DNA from: an uncultured Gammaproteobacteria bacterium
GTDB taxonomy: Bacteria; Pseudomonadota; Gammaproteobacteria; DRLM01
Length of the DNA: 64,000 nt
Direction of reading: 5' to 3'
NCBI GenBank assembly: GCA_963729605.1
Contig: CAVSNY010000007.1
Location: forward strand, 288,001 to 352,000
In this document: positions 51,825 through 64,000 of the stretch, piece after piece
How the letters are laid out: every line of letters starts with the position of its first letter
Position numbering within the stretch: the first letter of the stretch is position 1
Translations under genes and position numbers: made by a program
The notes under the pieces: model-generated
Seen by the model: only the letters and a program-made list of their open reading frames with translations
Told to the model about the DNA's origin: nothing
Database searches by the model: none

Positions 51825-52784
51825 TCAATATTCGTGGCGCGCCTCCTGGCGGACGGCGTCGAAAAACGCATGTTGATTGCTCCGGCCGAGATAATAAGGT
51901 ACCACGGCCTCCACGGCGGCCGGCGTCAAGCCGAATACCGCCGGAAAAGGTCCGTCGCATACCGCGGCGACTTGCATGGAATCGTAATTGTCGCGGGTGA
52001 AAGGTTTGCCGGGCAGACGGCCCATCACCGCCGCCTGCAAGCGCGACACGGCGTCGGGTAGGCCGATCAGGGTTTTCTTCATGCCCAAGACCTCCGCGGC
52101 GTATTGCACCAATTGCCGCATCGTGTAGGCGTGCGGACCGCACAGATCGTAGCGCTGGCCGAAGGTGGCCTTATTGTCCAGCGCGGTGACGAAGGCGCGC
52201 GCCACGTCGCCGACGAACACCGGCGCGAACCGCGCGTCGGGGCAGGGCAAGGGCAGCGGGCCCGGCAGTTTCAAGAGCGCGGCGAATTTGTTGAAGAAGT
52301 GATCGTCGGGTCCGAAGATCACCGACGGGCGGAAACTGGTCACTTGAATTCCGCTGCCCGCGAGGCTGTGCGCGAGGTCTTCGCCTTCGCCCTTGCTGCG
52401 CAGATAGCGGCTGGCGCCCTGGCGCGCGTCGGCGTTGAGGGCGCTCATGTGCAACAGGTGGCCGACGCCTTTTTCCCGCATCGCCGCGCCGAGTTTGCGC
52501 GGCAAGTCGACATGGACTTGGCGGAATTGGTCGCGGCGCGCCTCGTTGAGCACGGCCACCAGGTTGATCGCGGTATCGCAGCCGGTCAGCGTCCCGGCCA
52601 GTTCGGCGGGATCGTGGACATTGGCCTCCACCACCTCGACCGTGGGCAGCACCAATAAATCGCGATGACGTTCGCGGTGGCGGGTCGGCACCCGCACCCG
52701 GTGACCGGCCGCCGCCAGTTGATTGGCCAGCTGGCGGCCGACGAAGCCGCTGCCGCCCAGAACGCAAATCATGTGTCGCTTCAT
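51825..52784 (-). CDS. Complex I NDUFA9-like NAD-dependent epimerase/SDR
   Basis: GGSGFVG, SRYLRSKGEGE, RPSVIFG; its usual position is upstream of cca. Confidence 0.9.
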   Translation of the reverse strand: MKRHMICVLGGSGFVGRQLANQLAAAGHRVRVPTRHRERHRDLLVLPTVEVVEANVHDPAELAGTLTGCDTAINLVAVLNEARRDQFRQVHVDLPRKLGAAMREKGVGHLLHMSALNADARQGASRYLRSKGEGEDLAHSLAGSGIQVTSFRPSVIFGPDDHFFNKFAALLKLPGPLPLPCPDARFAPVFVGDVARAFVTALDNKATFGQRYDLCGPHAYTMRQLVQYAAEVLGMKKTLIGLPDAVSRLQAAVMGRLPGKPFTRDNYDSMQVAAVCDGPFPAVFGLTPAAVEAVVPYYLGRSNQHAFFDAVRQEARHEY

Positions 52785-52947
52785 GCTCGGGTTATCCTTA
52801 AAACTAAAATTAGCAATGGCCCGGGATTGTCGCGGCGGGCCGCGCCGAGGTCAAGCCATGCCGGAACGCCGCGGGCGCGATGGCGCTGCCCGGCCCCCGC
52901 CGCGGGCCGGGTTATACTTGCGGGACATTCGCCAGGAGGCCGCCGCC

Positions 52948-54312
52948 ATGCCCTACATCACCGCCAATCCCGCCAGCGGCGAAACGCTGCGGACGTTCCC
53001 CGAGTGGAAGGCCGCCGAATTGGAAACGGCCTTGAGTCAGGCGGCGGTCGCCGCGCCGCAATGGGCCGCCGCCCCGGTCGCCGAGCGTTGCCGCTTGCTG
53101 AGCCGCGCCGGCGAGATGCTCCGCGCCCGCCGCGACGAACTCGCCGCGCTCATCACCCTGGAAATGGGCAAACTCGCCCGGGAGGCCCGCGACGAAATCG
53201 AGAAATGCGCGTGGGTCTGCGATTATTACGCCGAACACGCCGCCGCCTTCGTCGCCGACGAAGTCATCGCCTCCGACGCCGGCCGCAGCCTCGTCGCGTA
53301 TCAACCGCTCGGTACGGTGCTGGCGGTGATGCCCTGGAATTTTCCGTTCTGGCAGGTGTTCCGCTTTGCCGCGCCCGCCTTGGCGGCGGGCAACACCGGC
53401 CTGCTCAAACACGCCTCCAACGTGCCACAGTGCGCGCTGGCCATCGAACGCGTATTCCGCGACGCGGGCTTCCCGCCCGGCGTTTTTCGCACCCTGATGA
53501 TTAATAACGCGCAGGTGGAAGGCGTGATCGCCGACCCGCGCGTACACGCCGTCACCCTCACCGGCAGCGAGGCGGCGGGGCGCAAGGTCGCGGCCGCCGC
53601 CGGCGCGCATCTCAAAAAGAGCGTGCTCGAACTGGGCGGGTCCGATCCCTTCATCGTGCTCGAAGACGCCGACCTCGACGGCGCCGTGCACGTCGCCGTG
53701 CAATCGCGTTTTCTCAACGCGGGACAAAGCTGCATCGCCGCCAAACGTTTCATCGTGGTGGCCGCCGTCGCGGAAGAATTCCTCACGCGATTTCAGATCG
53801 CGGTGGAAAAACTCGAGACCGGCGATCCCGCTCAAGCATCGACGACGCTGGCCCCCATGGCGCGCGCCGATTTGCGCGAGGAGTTGCATAAACAAGTCCA
53901 GGCCAGCATCGCCCGCGGGGCGCTGCCGGTGTGCGGCTGCCGGTCCTTGCCGGGCGACGGTTATTATTATGCCGCCTCCATACTCGATCGCGTGGTCTCC
54001 GGCATGCCCGCTTTTGATGAGGAACTGTTTGGCCCGGTCGCCGCCGTTATCCGCGCGCGTGATGAGGCCGAGGCGTTGCAAGTCGCCAATGCCAGCCGCT
54101 TCGGTTTAAGCGGCAGCATCTGGACTCGCGACCAAGCGCGCGGTGAAGCCCTCGCCCGCCAAGTGCAGGCCGGCGCCTGCTTCGTGAACGGCCTGGTGAA
54201 GAGCGATCCGCGTTTGCCGTTCGGCGGCGTGAAGGCGTCGGGTTATGGGCGCGAGCTTTCGTATCATGGCTTGCGGGAGTTCGTGAATGCGAAGACGGTG
54301 TGGGTGGGGTAG
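52948..54312 (+). CDS. NAD(P)-dependent succinate-semialdehyde dehydrogenase (Sad-type ALDH)
   Basis: VMPWNFPFWQ, LELGGSD, NAGQSCIAAKRF, EELFGP, PFGGVKASGYGREL. Confidence 0.92.
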   Translation: MPYITANPASGETLRTFPEWKAAELETALSQAAVAAPQWAAAPVAERCRLLSRAGEMLRARRDELAALITLEMGKLAREARDEIEKCAWVCDYYAEHAAAFVADEVIASDAGRSLVAYQPLGTVLAVMPWNFPFWQVFRFAAPALAAGNTGLLKHASNVPQCALAIERVFRDAGFPPGVFRTLMINNAQVEGVIADPRVHAVTLTGSEAAGRKVAAAAGAHLKKSVLELGGSDPFIVLEDADLDGAVHVAVQSRFLNAGQSCIAAKRFIVVAAVAEEFLTRFQIAVEKLETGDPAQASTTLAPMARADLREELHKQVQASIARGALPVCGCRSLPGDGYYYAASILDRVVSGMPAFDEELFGPVAAVIRARDEAEALQVANASRFGLSGSIWTRDQARGEALARQVQAGACFVNGLVKSDPRLPFGGVKASGYGRELSYHGLREFVNAKTVWVG

Positions 54313-54945
54313 ATATTTTTCCTTGATCGGGAAGATGTGGTGTATGGGGTGAGAAATGGGCGTAAACGATTTTCTGGATGATTTTTATTAGCGGCATCTG
54401 CCCCCGTTGCCGGCGTTGTTGGTTTTGCAATCCAATTGCGAAACGTTAAGAAACTCCGTTTGGAAAACGAAAAATTGAATAGGGCATCGAATCCCGTTGA
54501 AAGACGAAACCCAGTACCGCTCGGCATGCGCGCCTTTGCTGAGTGATTGAATGGCGAGTCGCCTTAGTGATCGTTCGCATGGGAATGGCGCCGACGGTGA
54601 CGCATGACGAATTTATTATCGGCTTGTGAAGCTGTGCGCTGATGCAAAGCAAAAGCGTGGCTACATGCGCCTGATCGCGCGTTTTTAATGATCGACGACG
54701 CGGCGATTTGCTTTATCAGTTTTGATGATTTGTATATTCACTATCCTGCTAGACCTTTCCTCTTGACCGATGATTTTGCTTGTCGAATTTCGACGGACTC
54801 GCGCACTGCAATGATTCATGATGCCGGCTTTTGCATTACGGCTGTGCGTTTTTGTGCATTAAAAATGCCTAAAAACACCGGCTATTTTTAATCTCCAGCC
54901 TGATATTGGTTTAGATTTCTATCGTTTATGGGGACTACGGTGGAT

Positions 54946-54962
54946 TTGGCCCGCCAATTGCT
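54946..54962 (+). promoter_or_regulatory. Putative sigma54 (-24/-12) promoter
   Basis: TTGGCCCG-CCAA-TTGCT matches TGGCACG-N4-TTGC; about 140 bp upstream of 55104 in an AT-rich region. Confidence 0.6.
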
Positions 54963-55103
54963 CTAAACAGGCTGGAAAGGTGAGTTTCGGATGGTGTCGA
55001 AAAATTCATTATTTCTACACAGTCTCTTCACAAATACGGTTTATCGTTTCGCCGTGTAGAGGATGACCGGGTAAAGGTAACGAATTCCATAGGAGGTAGT
55101 GCC

Positions 55104-55376
55104 ATGAAGTATTTTGAATTGACGGAAAACATAAGTGATGTTGAACGGGTCTTCCGCGTGCTGTCGGGAGTAGTCTTGCTGGGCGTGACCCTGCTCGGCC
55201 CCATGTCGATTATGTACAGCACGATCTTCCCGATGTTGGGCGCCTATTTCATCCTGACCGCGATCATGAAATGGGATCCTGTCGGTTATATCATTCAAGT
55301 GATCTTGCGGCTGCTGAATCAGGTCGGTTCCGATGTTTCGGAGAGCGACTCCATTCATCGCGTCAAAACCATTTGA
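55104..55376 (+). CDS. DUF2892 (YgaP-like) membrane protein
   Basis: ENISDVERVFRVLSG, TAIMKWDP; AGGAGG RBS. Confidence 0.8.
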   Translation: MKYFELTENISDVERVFRVLSGVVLLGVTLLGPMSIMYSTIFPMLGAYFILTAIMKWDPVGYIIQVILRLLNQVGSDVSESDSIHRVKTI

Positions 55377-55448
55377 TAGCCGCCCTTTGCCGATGAGCCA
55401 ATAGCCACTGAACGAGATTTACCCACGATATTGACGATTCCCCAGTTT

Positions 55449-55543
55449 GTAGGAGCGGCACAGTCCATTCCCCACCCCCGTGTTTGGTACCCTCTCCCCC
55501 CTTCCCCTGCTAATGCACGGGGGAAAATAAGTGCCGCTCCTAC
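55449..55543. repeat. GTAG-type REP inverted pair
   Basis: GTAGGAGCGGCAC...GTGCCGCTCCTAC between convergent genes. Confidence 0.75.
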
Positions 55544-55571
55544 TTTTTTTATTCTTTAACCCGTCGCGTAA

Positions 55572-56486
55572 TTACCGCTTTTTCTTCGCCCGCGGATGGG
55601 CATGATCGTAGACCTTGGCCAGGTGTTGAAAATCCAGGTGGGTGTAAATCTGCGTGGTGGCGATGTCGGCGTGGCCCAGCAATTCCTGCACGGCGCGCAG
55701 ATCGCCGCTGGATTCCAGCAGGTGACTGGCGCAGGAGTGACGCAATAAATGCGGATGCAGCGGCGTGTCCAGGCCTTGTTTCATTCCCCGGAAACGCAGG
55801 CGTTGCTGCACGGCGCGCGCGGTGATCCGGCGGCCGCGCCGGCTGATGAATAGCGCGTTTTCATCAGGGGCGGCGAGACTGTTTCGTGTGTGCAACCAGG
55901 CGTCGAGCGCGACGCGGGCGAGACGGCCGACCGGCACGATGCGGGTCTTGTCGCCTTTGCCGATGACGCGCACGGTGCCGTCATTGCGGTCGAGGTCGGT
56001 CAGATCGAGCCGCACGAGTTCGGCGAGGCGCAATCCCGAGGAATACAGCAGCTCCATCATGGCGTGATCGCGTTGCGCCAGGGCGGGTGATGATTCATCG
56101 GCGCCGGAACGGTCCATGAGGCGGCTGACTTGATCGGCGTCGAGCGCCTTGGGTAAGCGGCGCGGCGCCTTGGGCGCGCGCAGGCCGGCCGCGGGGTTGG
56201 CGGTCACCCGCTTTTCGCGCAGTAAATACCGGTAAAACGACCGCAGCGCGGAGAGCCGCCGTTGCAGGCTGCGGCCGCCGAGGCCGGCGCGGTGCTGGGC
56301 GGCGACGAAGGCGCGCAGGTGATGCGCGTCGACCCGCGCCCACGTTGCGACGCGTTGCTGGTCGAGGAAGCCGTGGACGGCGAGCAGATCGCGCCGGTAA
56401 TTGCCGAGGGTGTGCGGCGAGAGGCGGCGTTCGATCTCCAGATGATGGAGAAACTCGCCGATGCGGCGCGTCTCCGCGTCGTCCAT
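55572..56486 (-). CDS. xerC: Tyrosine recombinase XerC
   Basis: ELLYSSGLRLAE, HLLRHSCASH, LGHADIATTQIYTHLDFQHLA; dapF-yigA-xerC synteny. Confidence 0.95.
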   Translation of the reverse strand: MDDAETRRIGEFLHHLEIERRLSPHTLGNYRRDLLAVHGFLDQQRVATWARVDAHHLRAFVAAQHRAGLGGRSLQRRLSALRSFYRYLLREKRVTANPAAGLRAPKAPRRLPKALDADQVSRLMDRSGADESSPALAQRDHAMMELLYSSGLRLAELVRLDLTDLDRNDGTVRVIGKGDKTRIVPVGRLARVALDAWLHTRNSLAAPDENALFISRRGRRITARAVQQRLRFRGMKQGLDTPLHPHLLRHSCASHLLESSGDLRAVQELLGHADIATTQIYTHLDFQHLAKVYDHAHPRAKKKR

Positions 56487-56490
56487 CGCC

Positions 56491-57231
56491 TTAACGCGGC
56501 AGGTGGCGGGCGATGGCGCGGCCGATCAGGTCGCCGAGATAACTCAAAAACAGCGTGCCCATGCCGGCGTGATAACGCTTGCCGTCGCGGCTGCCGATGC
56601 CGAGCAGGCCGTAGCGCGCCGGCGTGTCGCCGCCGGGGGCGCCGAGGGCCAGCACCACCGCCGAACCGATCTGGCCGGCCGGGTCTTGTTCCTGATCTTC
56701 GAACAAGGCGTTGAGCTGACCGCGGCGCAGATGCCCGCACAGCGGTTTGCCGGTGGCGAGCAGGCCGCCGAAGCTGGTATCGAGTTGTTCGGCCGGCAGG
56801 GACCGCAGGCGCAGCAATCCCGATTCGTCATATTCCGGCAGGCGCGGGGTTCTGCCGAACAGGCACAGCACCAGCGCGTCGGCGCGGAAGTCTTCGTGCA
56901 GGCTGTTGGCCAGCACCCGCAAGGTGGTGTTGAGGTCCTTGGCCTCGAGCAGGGCGAGGGTGAGCTGCTGCACCCGCTGATTGAGGCGGTCGTTGTCGCG
57001 CGCCACTTGCACCAGCGCCTGCAACTGGCGTTTGATGTCCTGATTTTGTTCGCGCAATACGATGACCTGGCGCTCGATGAGCGAGACCGCGCCGTGGGAT
57101 TGATGCGGGACGTGGATCTCCGCCAGCAGGCCGGTGTGGGTGTTGAAGAAGTCGGGATGGTCGCGCAGATACTCGACGACGCTGTGATCTTGCATGGTGT
57201 CGGTGCTGATGCCGTGTTGCCGTGTGCTCAT
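56491..57231 (-). CDS. DUF484 family protein (YigA)
   Basis: [25 protein letters not shown]; ATGA overlap with dapF. Confidence 0.92.
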   Translation of the reverse strand: MSTRQHGISTDTMQDHSVVEYLRDHPDFFNTHTGLLAEIHVPHQSHGAVSLIERQVIVLREQNQDIKRQLQALVQVARDNDRLNQRVQQLTLALLEAKDLNTTLRVLANSLHEDFRADALVLCLFGRTPRLPEYDESGLLRLRSLPAEQLDTSFGGLLATGKPLCGHLRRGQLNALFEDQEQDPAGQIGSAVVLALGAPGGDTPARYGLLGIGSRDGKRYHAGMGTLFLSYLGDLIGRAIARHLPR

Positions 57232-58058
57232 AGTTCTATCCTGCCCTCGAAGACCCGTTCGGCGGGTCCGGTCATCCAAACGGGATTGTCGTCCCCGCCC
57301 CATTGTATGGTCAAGCCGCCGCCGGGCAAATCCACGCTGACGGTATCGTCCAACACGCCCCAGCGCCGGCCCACCGCCACCGCGGCGCAGGCGCCGGTGC
57401 CGCAGGCGAGGGTCTCGCCGGCGCCGCGTTCGTAGACCCGCAGGCGGATGTGCCGCGGCGACACCACTTCCATGAAACCCGCATTGACCCGTTTGGGGAA
57501 ACGCGGATGGTGTTCGATGAGCGGGCCGAGCTCGGCCACCGGCGCGTCGCGCACGCTGTCCACCTGCAGCACGGCGTGGGGGTTGCCCATGGAGACCGCG
57601 CCGACGCTGAGGCGCCGGCCCGCGATATCGAGGTCGTAACGCGCGGCGGCGGCCGCGGCGATGAACGGAATATCGACCGGGTTGAAACGCGGCGCGCCCA
57701 TGTCCACCGTGACGCGGCCGTCGGCCTCGAGGCGGGGGCGGATGATGCCGCCGGCGGTCTCCACCACGATTTCGTTTTTATCGGTGAGGCCGCGTTCGCG
57801 CACGTAGCGCACGAAGCAACGCGCGCCGTTGCCGCATTGTTCCACTTCGCCGCCGTCGGCGTTGAAGATGCGGTAATGGAAATCGGTGCCCGGCGTGCGC
57901 GGCGCCTGCACCAGCAGGACTTGATCGCAGCCCACGCCGAAGTGGCGGTCGGCGAGGTGTTGTATCTGTTGGGAGGTCAGGCGCAGCGGGTGGGCCGTGG
58001 CGTCGACCACCACGAAGTCGTTGCCGAGGCCCTGCATTTTTGTGAAGTCGATGATCAT
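57228..58058 (-). CDS. dapF: Diaminopimelate epimerase
   Basis: [34 protein letters not shown]. Confidence 0.97.
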   Translation of the reverse strand: MIIDFTKMQGLGNDFVVVDATAHPLRLTSQQIQHLADRHFGVGCDQVLLVQAPRTPGTDFHYRIFNADGGEVEQCGNGARCFVRYVRERGLTDKNEIVVETAGGIIRPRLEADGRVTVDMGAPRFNPVDIPFIAAAAAARYDLDIAGRRLSVGAVSMGNPHAVLQVDSVRDAPVAELGPLIEHHPRFPKRVNAGFMEVVSPRHIRLRVYERGAGETLACGTGACAAVAVGRRWGVLDDTVSVDLPGGGLTIQWGGDDNPVWMTGPAERVFEGRIEL

Positions 58059-58155
58059 GCTCGCCGTGATTAGGCTCCCCGTCGCTGGGTGTATTTATAA
58101 TTCATCGGAAGTCTAGCAGGGCCGCGGCGGGCGCACCAGACGCCGAGGGTATGCC

Positions 58156-59067
58156 TTATTCGGGCGGGGCCGGAACGCGCACCACCGTGCCGGCCTGCGA
58201 TTGCGGTTGCAGGGTGACGTGGTCGATGCCGAAACGTTCGTCGATCATTTGTTGCAAGCGCGCGAGGGTGCCGTCCCAATTTTTCAGGTCGGGGATGTTG
58301 ACGTGGGCGGAAAGCACCACCCGTCCGGAAGCGAGGGTCCAGATGTGCAGGTCATGCACCGAGCTGACGCCTTCGACGGCGGCCATGGCCTGCCCCACCT
58401 CGCGCAGGTTGAGATAAGACGGCACGCCTTCCATGATGATGTGCAATACCTCGCGCAGCAGGCGCGCCGCGGAGTACAGGATCAAGACGCAGATGAATAA
58501 TGAAAGCAGTGGATCGATGGGCAACCAGCCGGTGTAATAAATCACCACGCCGGAGATCAGCGCGGCGACCGAGGCCAAGGTGTCGCCCAGTACGTGCAGC
58601 AAGGCGGCGCGGCTGTTGAGGGTGCGTTCACCGCGGCTCAGCATCCACGCCACCACCAGATTGACGAGCAGGCCGACGAAAGCGATGGCCATTACCGCGC
58701 CGCCCGCCACCGGCACCGGTTGCCGCAGCCGGCTGATGGCGGCGCCGATGATGAGCGCGACCACCGCCACCATGAATACGCCGTTGATCAGCGCCGCCAC
58801 CACCTCGGCGCGGCCGAGGCCGTAGGAATGGCGCAGCGACGGCGGCCGTTTGGCGATATGCGCCGCCAAGGCCGCCAAACCCAGGGCGGTGGCGTCGGAC
58901 ACCATGTGGCCCGCGTCGCCCAGTAGCGCCAGCGACTGCGCCCACCAACCGCCCAGCGCTTCGATCAGGGCAAAGCCGAGGATGAGCGCCACGCCCCAGA
59001 GCAGATTGTTGCCGCCGGGATGGGCGTGTGCGTGATGTTCGTGGTGATGATGCGCATGATCGTGCAT
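58156..59067 (-). CDS. Cation diffusion facilitator (ZitB/CzcD-like)
   Basis: His-rich N-terminus, SLALLGDAGHMVSD, LHVLGD, VHDLHIW. Confidence 0.93.
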   Translation of the reverse strand: MHDHAHHHHEHHAHAHPGGNNLLWGVALILGFALIEALGGWWAQSLALLGDAGHMVSDATALGLAALAAHIAKRPPSLRHSYGLGRAEVVAALINGVFMVAVVALIIGAAISRLRQPVPVAGGAVMAIAFVGLLVNLVVAWMLSRGERTLNSRAALLHVLGDTLASVAALISGVVIYYTGWLPIDPLLSLFICVLILYSAARLLREVLHIIMEGVPSYLNLREVGQAMAAVEGVSSVHDLHIWTLASGRVVLSAHVNIPDLKNWDGTLARLQQMIDERFGIDHVTLQPQSQAGTVVRVPAPPE

Positions 59068-59209
59068 GGATGAATCTTATGGAGAGTTGCGCCCACCCAC
59101 AAGGGCGGCGGCGATTGCAATCGCCGGGGGCGGGCGCATAATCGAAACAAGGCGCGATGTTTTTTCAATACGGCGCATTTCGCGGGCGAGACCGCAAGGA
59201 GTAGGGGCC

Positions 59210-59605
59210 ATGACCGAATTAAGCTCAGCTCAAACCCATCAATTCAAACAGCAACTGGAGAGGCGGCAGGCGCGTTTGCGCGAGGATATCCACGCCGAAT
59301 TGCTCGCCGCCGATGGGCAGTCTTACAGCGAACTCGCCGGGCGAGTGCAGGACAGCGGCGAGGCGGCGGTGGCCGATTTGCTGGCCGATCTCAATATCGC
59401 GCGCATCGATCGCCAGGTGCAGGAGCTGGGGCGGATCGAACGGGCGCTGCTGCGTATCAAGACCGGCCGGTACGCGGTGTGCGGCGATTGCGGCGGTGAA
59501 ATCGATTTCGAGCGGTTGAGCCGTTATCCGGAGGCCGAGCGTTGCATAACCTGCCAGGCGCAGCGCGAACGGGTCTTCGCCCACCAGGGCACGCCCAGCT
59601 TGTAG
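59210..59605 (+). CDS. TraR/DksA C4 zinc-finger protein
   Basis: CGDC...ERL...CITC; AAGGAG RBS. Confidence 0.9.
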   Translation: MTELSSAQTHQFKQQLERRQARLREDIHAELLAADGQSYSELAGRVQDSGEAAVADLLADLNIARIDRQVQELGRIERALLRIKTGRYAVCGDCGGEIDFERLSRYPEAERCITCQAQRERVFAHQGTPSL

Positions 59606-59759
59606 TCGGAACGCCGTTTCGGCGGTGCGGGCGGTACGCTGCAATCACGCATGTCTTGCGGCGCAACCTGGATCTACGCCGCGCGAATTCAAACCTGGCG
59701 TGGTCCACGCAAATACGTCGGCCCGCGGATTTCGTCGAGATCGGACGCATTCCTTGAAC

Positions 59760-59914
59760 TTAAGGAAGCTCTGAATGATTCCATCCTGGAATTTTCAGAG
59801 CGCGGGAAGCGAATCTAATTTTCGCTTCCCGTCATTTTCAGTGGTGTCAGCCATTGAAAATGACGGTACATCCCTGTGCCGCGGGAACCGCTGAATAAAT
59901 CAGAGCTTCCTTAA
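59760..59914. mobile_element. IS5-like MITE (155 bp including TTAA target duplication)
   Basis: TTAA-GGAAGCTCTGA...TCAGAGCTTCC-TTAA perfect TIR. Confidence 0.85.
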
Positions 59915-60011
59915 GGAATTATTCGGCGCGGATTTATTTTAGAGGGCGGTCAGGTGCGTGACATTGTCGCTAATATCGCCGGCCCGGCGTTTGAGGTAGG
60001 GTTATCGGCCC

Positions 60012-60497
60012 ATGAATAAACAGATCAACACCGGCATGAGTTTCGGCTTGACCTCCGGTGTCATCACCACCTTGGGCCTCATGGTGGGTTTGCATGCGGG
60101 CACCCATTCGCCCTTGGCGGTGATCGGCGGGGTGGTGACGGTGGCCGTCGCCGACGCCTTGTCGGACGCCCTGGGCATTCACATTGCCGAGGAGTCGCGC
60201 GGCGATCAAACCACCGGCCAGATCTGGCAAGCGACCTTCGCCACCTTTCTCGCCAAGTTTTTCATGGCGCTCAGTTTCGTCATTCCTCTGTTGTTGTTCG
60301 ACCTCACCCTGGCGGTGGTCATCAGCGTGGGCTGGGGCATGGCGGTGTTGGCGGTGCTGAGTTACCGCATGGCGCGGGCGCAGGGCGCCGCGCCGTGGAA
60401 GGTGATGGGCGAACATCTGTTGATCGCCGCGCTGGTGGTGGCGGCGACGCAACTGGTGGGTGTTTGGGTGGCGGCGACGTTTCAGGACGGCGATTGA
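60012..60497 (+). CDS. VIT1/CCC1-like membrane protein
   Basis: FGLTSGVITTLGL, AVADALSDALGIHIAEE. Confidence 0.8.
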   Translation: MNKQINTGMSFGLTSGVITTLGLMVGLHAGTHSPLAVIGGVVTVAVADALSDALGIHIAEESRGDQTTGQIWQATFATFLAKFFMALSFVIPLLLFDLTLAVVISVGWGMAVLAVLSYRMARAQGAAPWKVMGEHLLIAALVVAATQLVGVWVAATFQDGD

Positions 60498-60661
60498 TGT
60501 CGCAGCTCATCCCGGGGTGCGGTGAGCATCGCCGTCGGCAAAGCGCCATTGAGCCGGCACCCCGTTACGGGATGCCGGCGTGTCCGCGTGCTGGTGTTTT
60601 GCCGCCCGTGGGGACGGCGGCGTGGAATCCCATTCCTTGGGAGAAATAAGACGCGGCGAGT

Positions 60662-61210
60662 TCAGAATGCCGGTTTTTCCGGGGCGGCCTTGTAACGTGC
60701 GACCGACGCGGTGATTTCCGCTTTGGCTTCGTCCGCAGCGGCCCAGCCTTCGACCTTGACCCATTTGCCGGCTTCGAGGTCTTTGTAGTGTTCGAAGAAG
60801 TGGGCGATCTGCGCCAGCAGCGAGGGCGGCAGGTCGTCGAGGCTTTTGCAGTTTCTGTAAAGCGTGGTGAGTTTATCCACCGGTACGGCGATCAACTTGG
60901 CGTCTATGCCCGCTTCGTCGCTCATCTTCAACATGCCGAGCGGGCGGCAACGGATCACCGAGCCGCTGATCAGCGGGATGGGGGTGACGACCAGTACGTC
61001 CACCGGATCGCCGTCTTCCGACAGCGTGTGGGGCACGTAGCCGTAGTTGCATGGATAGAACATGGCCGTGCTCATGAAACGGTCCACGAACATCGCCCCC
61101 GAATCCTTGTCGACTTCGTATTTGACCGGGTCGCTGTGGGCGGGAATTTCGATAATCACGTTGATGTCATGGGGGACATCACGGCCAGAGCTGACTCTGT
61201 CCAGGCTCAT
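60662..61210 (-). CDS. ppa: Soluble inorganic pyrophosphatase (family I)
   Basis: [32 protein letters not shown]. Confidence 0.97.
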   Translation of the reverse strand: MSLDRVSSGRDVPHDINVIIEIPAHSDPVKYEVDKDSGAMFVDRFMSTAMFYPCNYGYVPHTLSEDGDPVDVLVVTPIPLISGSVIRCRPLGMLKMSDEAGIDAKLIAVPVDKLTTLYRNCKSLDDLPPSLLAQIAHFFEHYKDLEAGKWVKVEGWAAADEAKAEITASVARYKAAPEKPAF

Positions 61211-61249
61211 AGTGTTTACTCCTTGAATCGTCAAAAATTAAGGTCGGCG

Positions 61250-61258
61250 ATTATACCA
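61250..61258 (-). promoter_or_regulatory. Extended -10 promoter of ppa
   Basis: TGGTATAAT about 40 bp upstream of the start. Confidence 0.55.
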
Positions 61259-61386
61259 TTGCCGCCGCCGTGACCGCTGGCCCATTTGCTAGCCCCCGAT
61301 ATTTTTCCTATGCTCGAAGTCTATCCCCACTCACTTTAGGCCGGGGCGGTGAGCAGCAAAGACGGCCGCGCTAGAAAGGGAAGACC

Positions 61387-63393
<2,007 letters not shown>

Positions 63394-63480
63394 ACCGCTG
63401 CGAAAGTCCGCGGGTATGGCGCGCGCTAAATCCCCCCCGGGTATTCGCCACACCCCTAGCTCGAGATCATGCGCAGGTTC

Positions 63481-64000
63481 TTAGAGCGGATCGCGGCCGA
63501 AGACCCGTTTCAACACCGCCATGAATAATCTGCCCGGCGCGGCCTGGCGGGTGCCGTTGTCGTAGACGCCGGTATAGACCTTGCGGATCAGGGCGTCGCG
63601 GCGGGGACCGGGGTCGACGAAGCGCATGCCCATTTCCAGCGGATCGATGGTGCGGCTGAGCTCGCAGGCCAGCGGACCCACCCCCGGCACGTCGAGTTGC
63701 AGTTTTTGTTCGGCGATGGCGCGGGTCAGGCGCACCCGCGCGCCGCTCACCGACAGATCGCGGATGGTGCACGGCAGACAGGAATCGTCGGTGGTGAGGC
63801 GCGAGGCCTCGTTGATCTCGAAGCGTTCCTCCTTGCGCCGGCGCGGCAGGTCGATGCAGACCAGGGCGGTGATCAGCATCAAGATCATGTTGTAGATGCT
63901 CCAGAAGATATTGAGGCCCTGTTGATCGAAGTCGTCGATCACCGCGTATGCCGGCGAAAGATTGATGGCGATGCCGGCGATGTTCAGCAGCAACAGGCCG
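63481..64000 (-). CDS. 3' end of a BcsA-like glycosyltransferase with a PilZ domain (partial)
   Basis: WSIYNM TM segment, RRKEERF (RxxxR) and DLSVSG (DxSxxG) PilZ motifs; the frame runs off the window end. Confidence 0.8.
   Translation of the reverse strand, partial: GLLLLNIAGIAINLSPAYAVIDDFDQQGLNIFWSIYNMILMLITALVCIDLPRRRKEERFEINEASRLTTDDSCLPCTIRDLSVSGARVRLTRAIAEQKLQLDVPGVGPLACELSRTIDPLEMGMRFVDPGPRRDALIRKVYTGVYDNGTRQAAPGRLFMAVLKRVFGRDPL

Noticed and set aside
55572-56486. Tyrosine recombinase as the integron integrase for the cassette array
   Set aside because: It lacks the IntI-specific insertion, has the XerC C-terminal THLDFQHLA, and sits in the dapF-yigA-xerC operon 15 kb away

Overview
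GC-rich bacterial chromosomal segment; the dapF-yigA-xerC operon, hrpA, cca, nfi and ppa look gammaproteobacterial. It holds about 55 CDSs. I saw no rRNA, tRNA or CRISPR array. Housekeeping and metabolic genes are interspersed with many short repeats: two MITE-like families with CTAG or TTAA target sites, and several REP-like palindrome families. An accessory patch spans about 26.7-40.4 kb. The standout structure is at 36.5-40.4 kb. Four co-oriented, cassette-like, mostly lower-GC ORFs are each preceded by a copy of an attI-like recombination site (AATTAGGnTGTCTAnnnnnnGTTAGGC-type), and two copies carry a duplicated sigma70-like promoter. Their downstream attC sites are truncated or replaced by REP sequences and by remnants of a REP-associated tyrosine transposase (RAYT), and there is no integrase in the window. 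Also notable are an NsrA/CyaK/Clr-like cAMP signalling cluster, a degenerate nucleotidase-tetraheme cytochrome fusion, an internally deleted mazG, a doubly frameshifted cstA, a ketohexokinase-like kinase, and divergent soluble and membrane pyrophosphatases. All product calls come from motif recognition by eye, not database searches.
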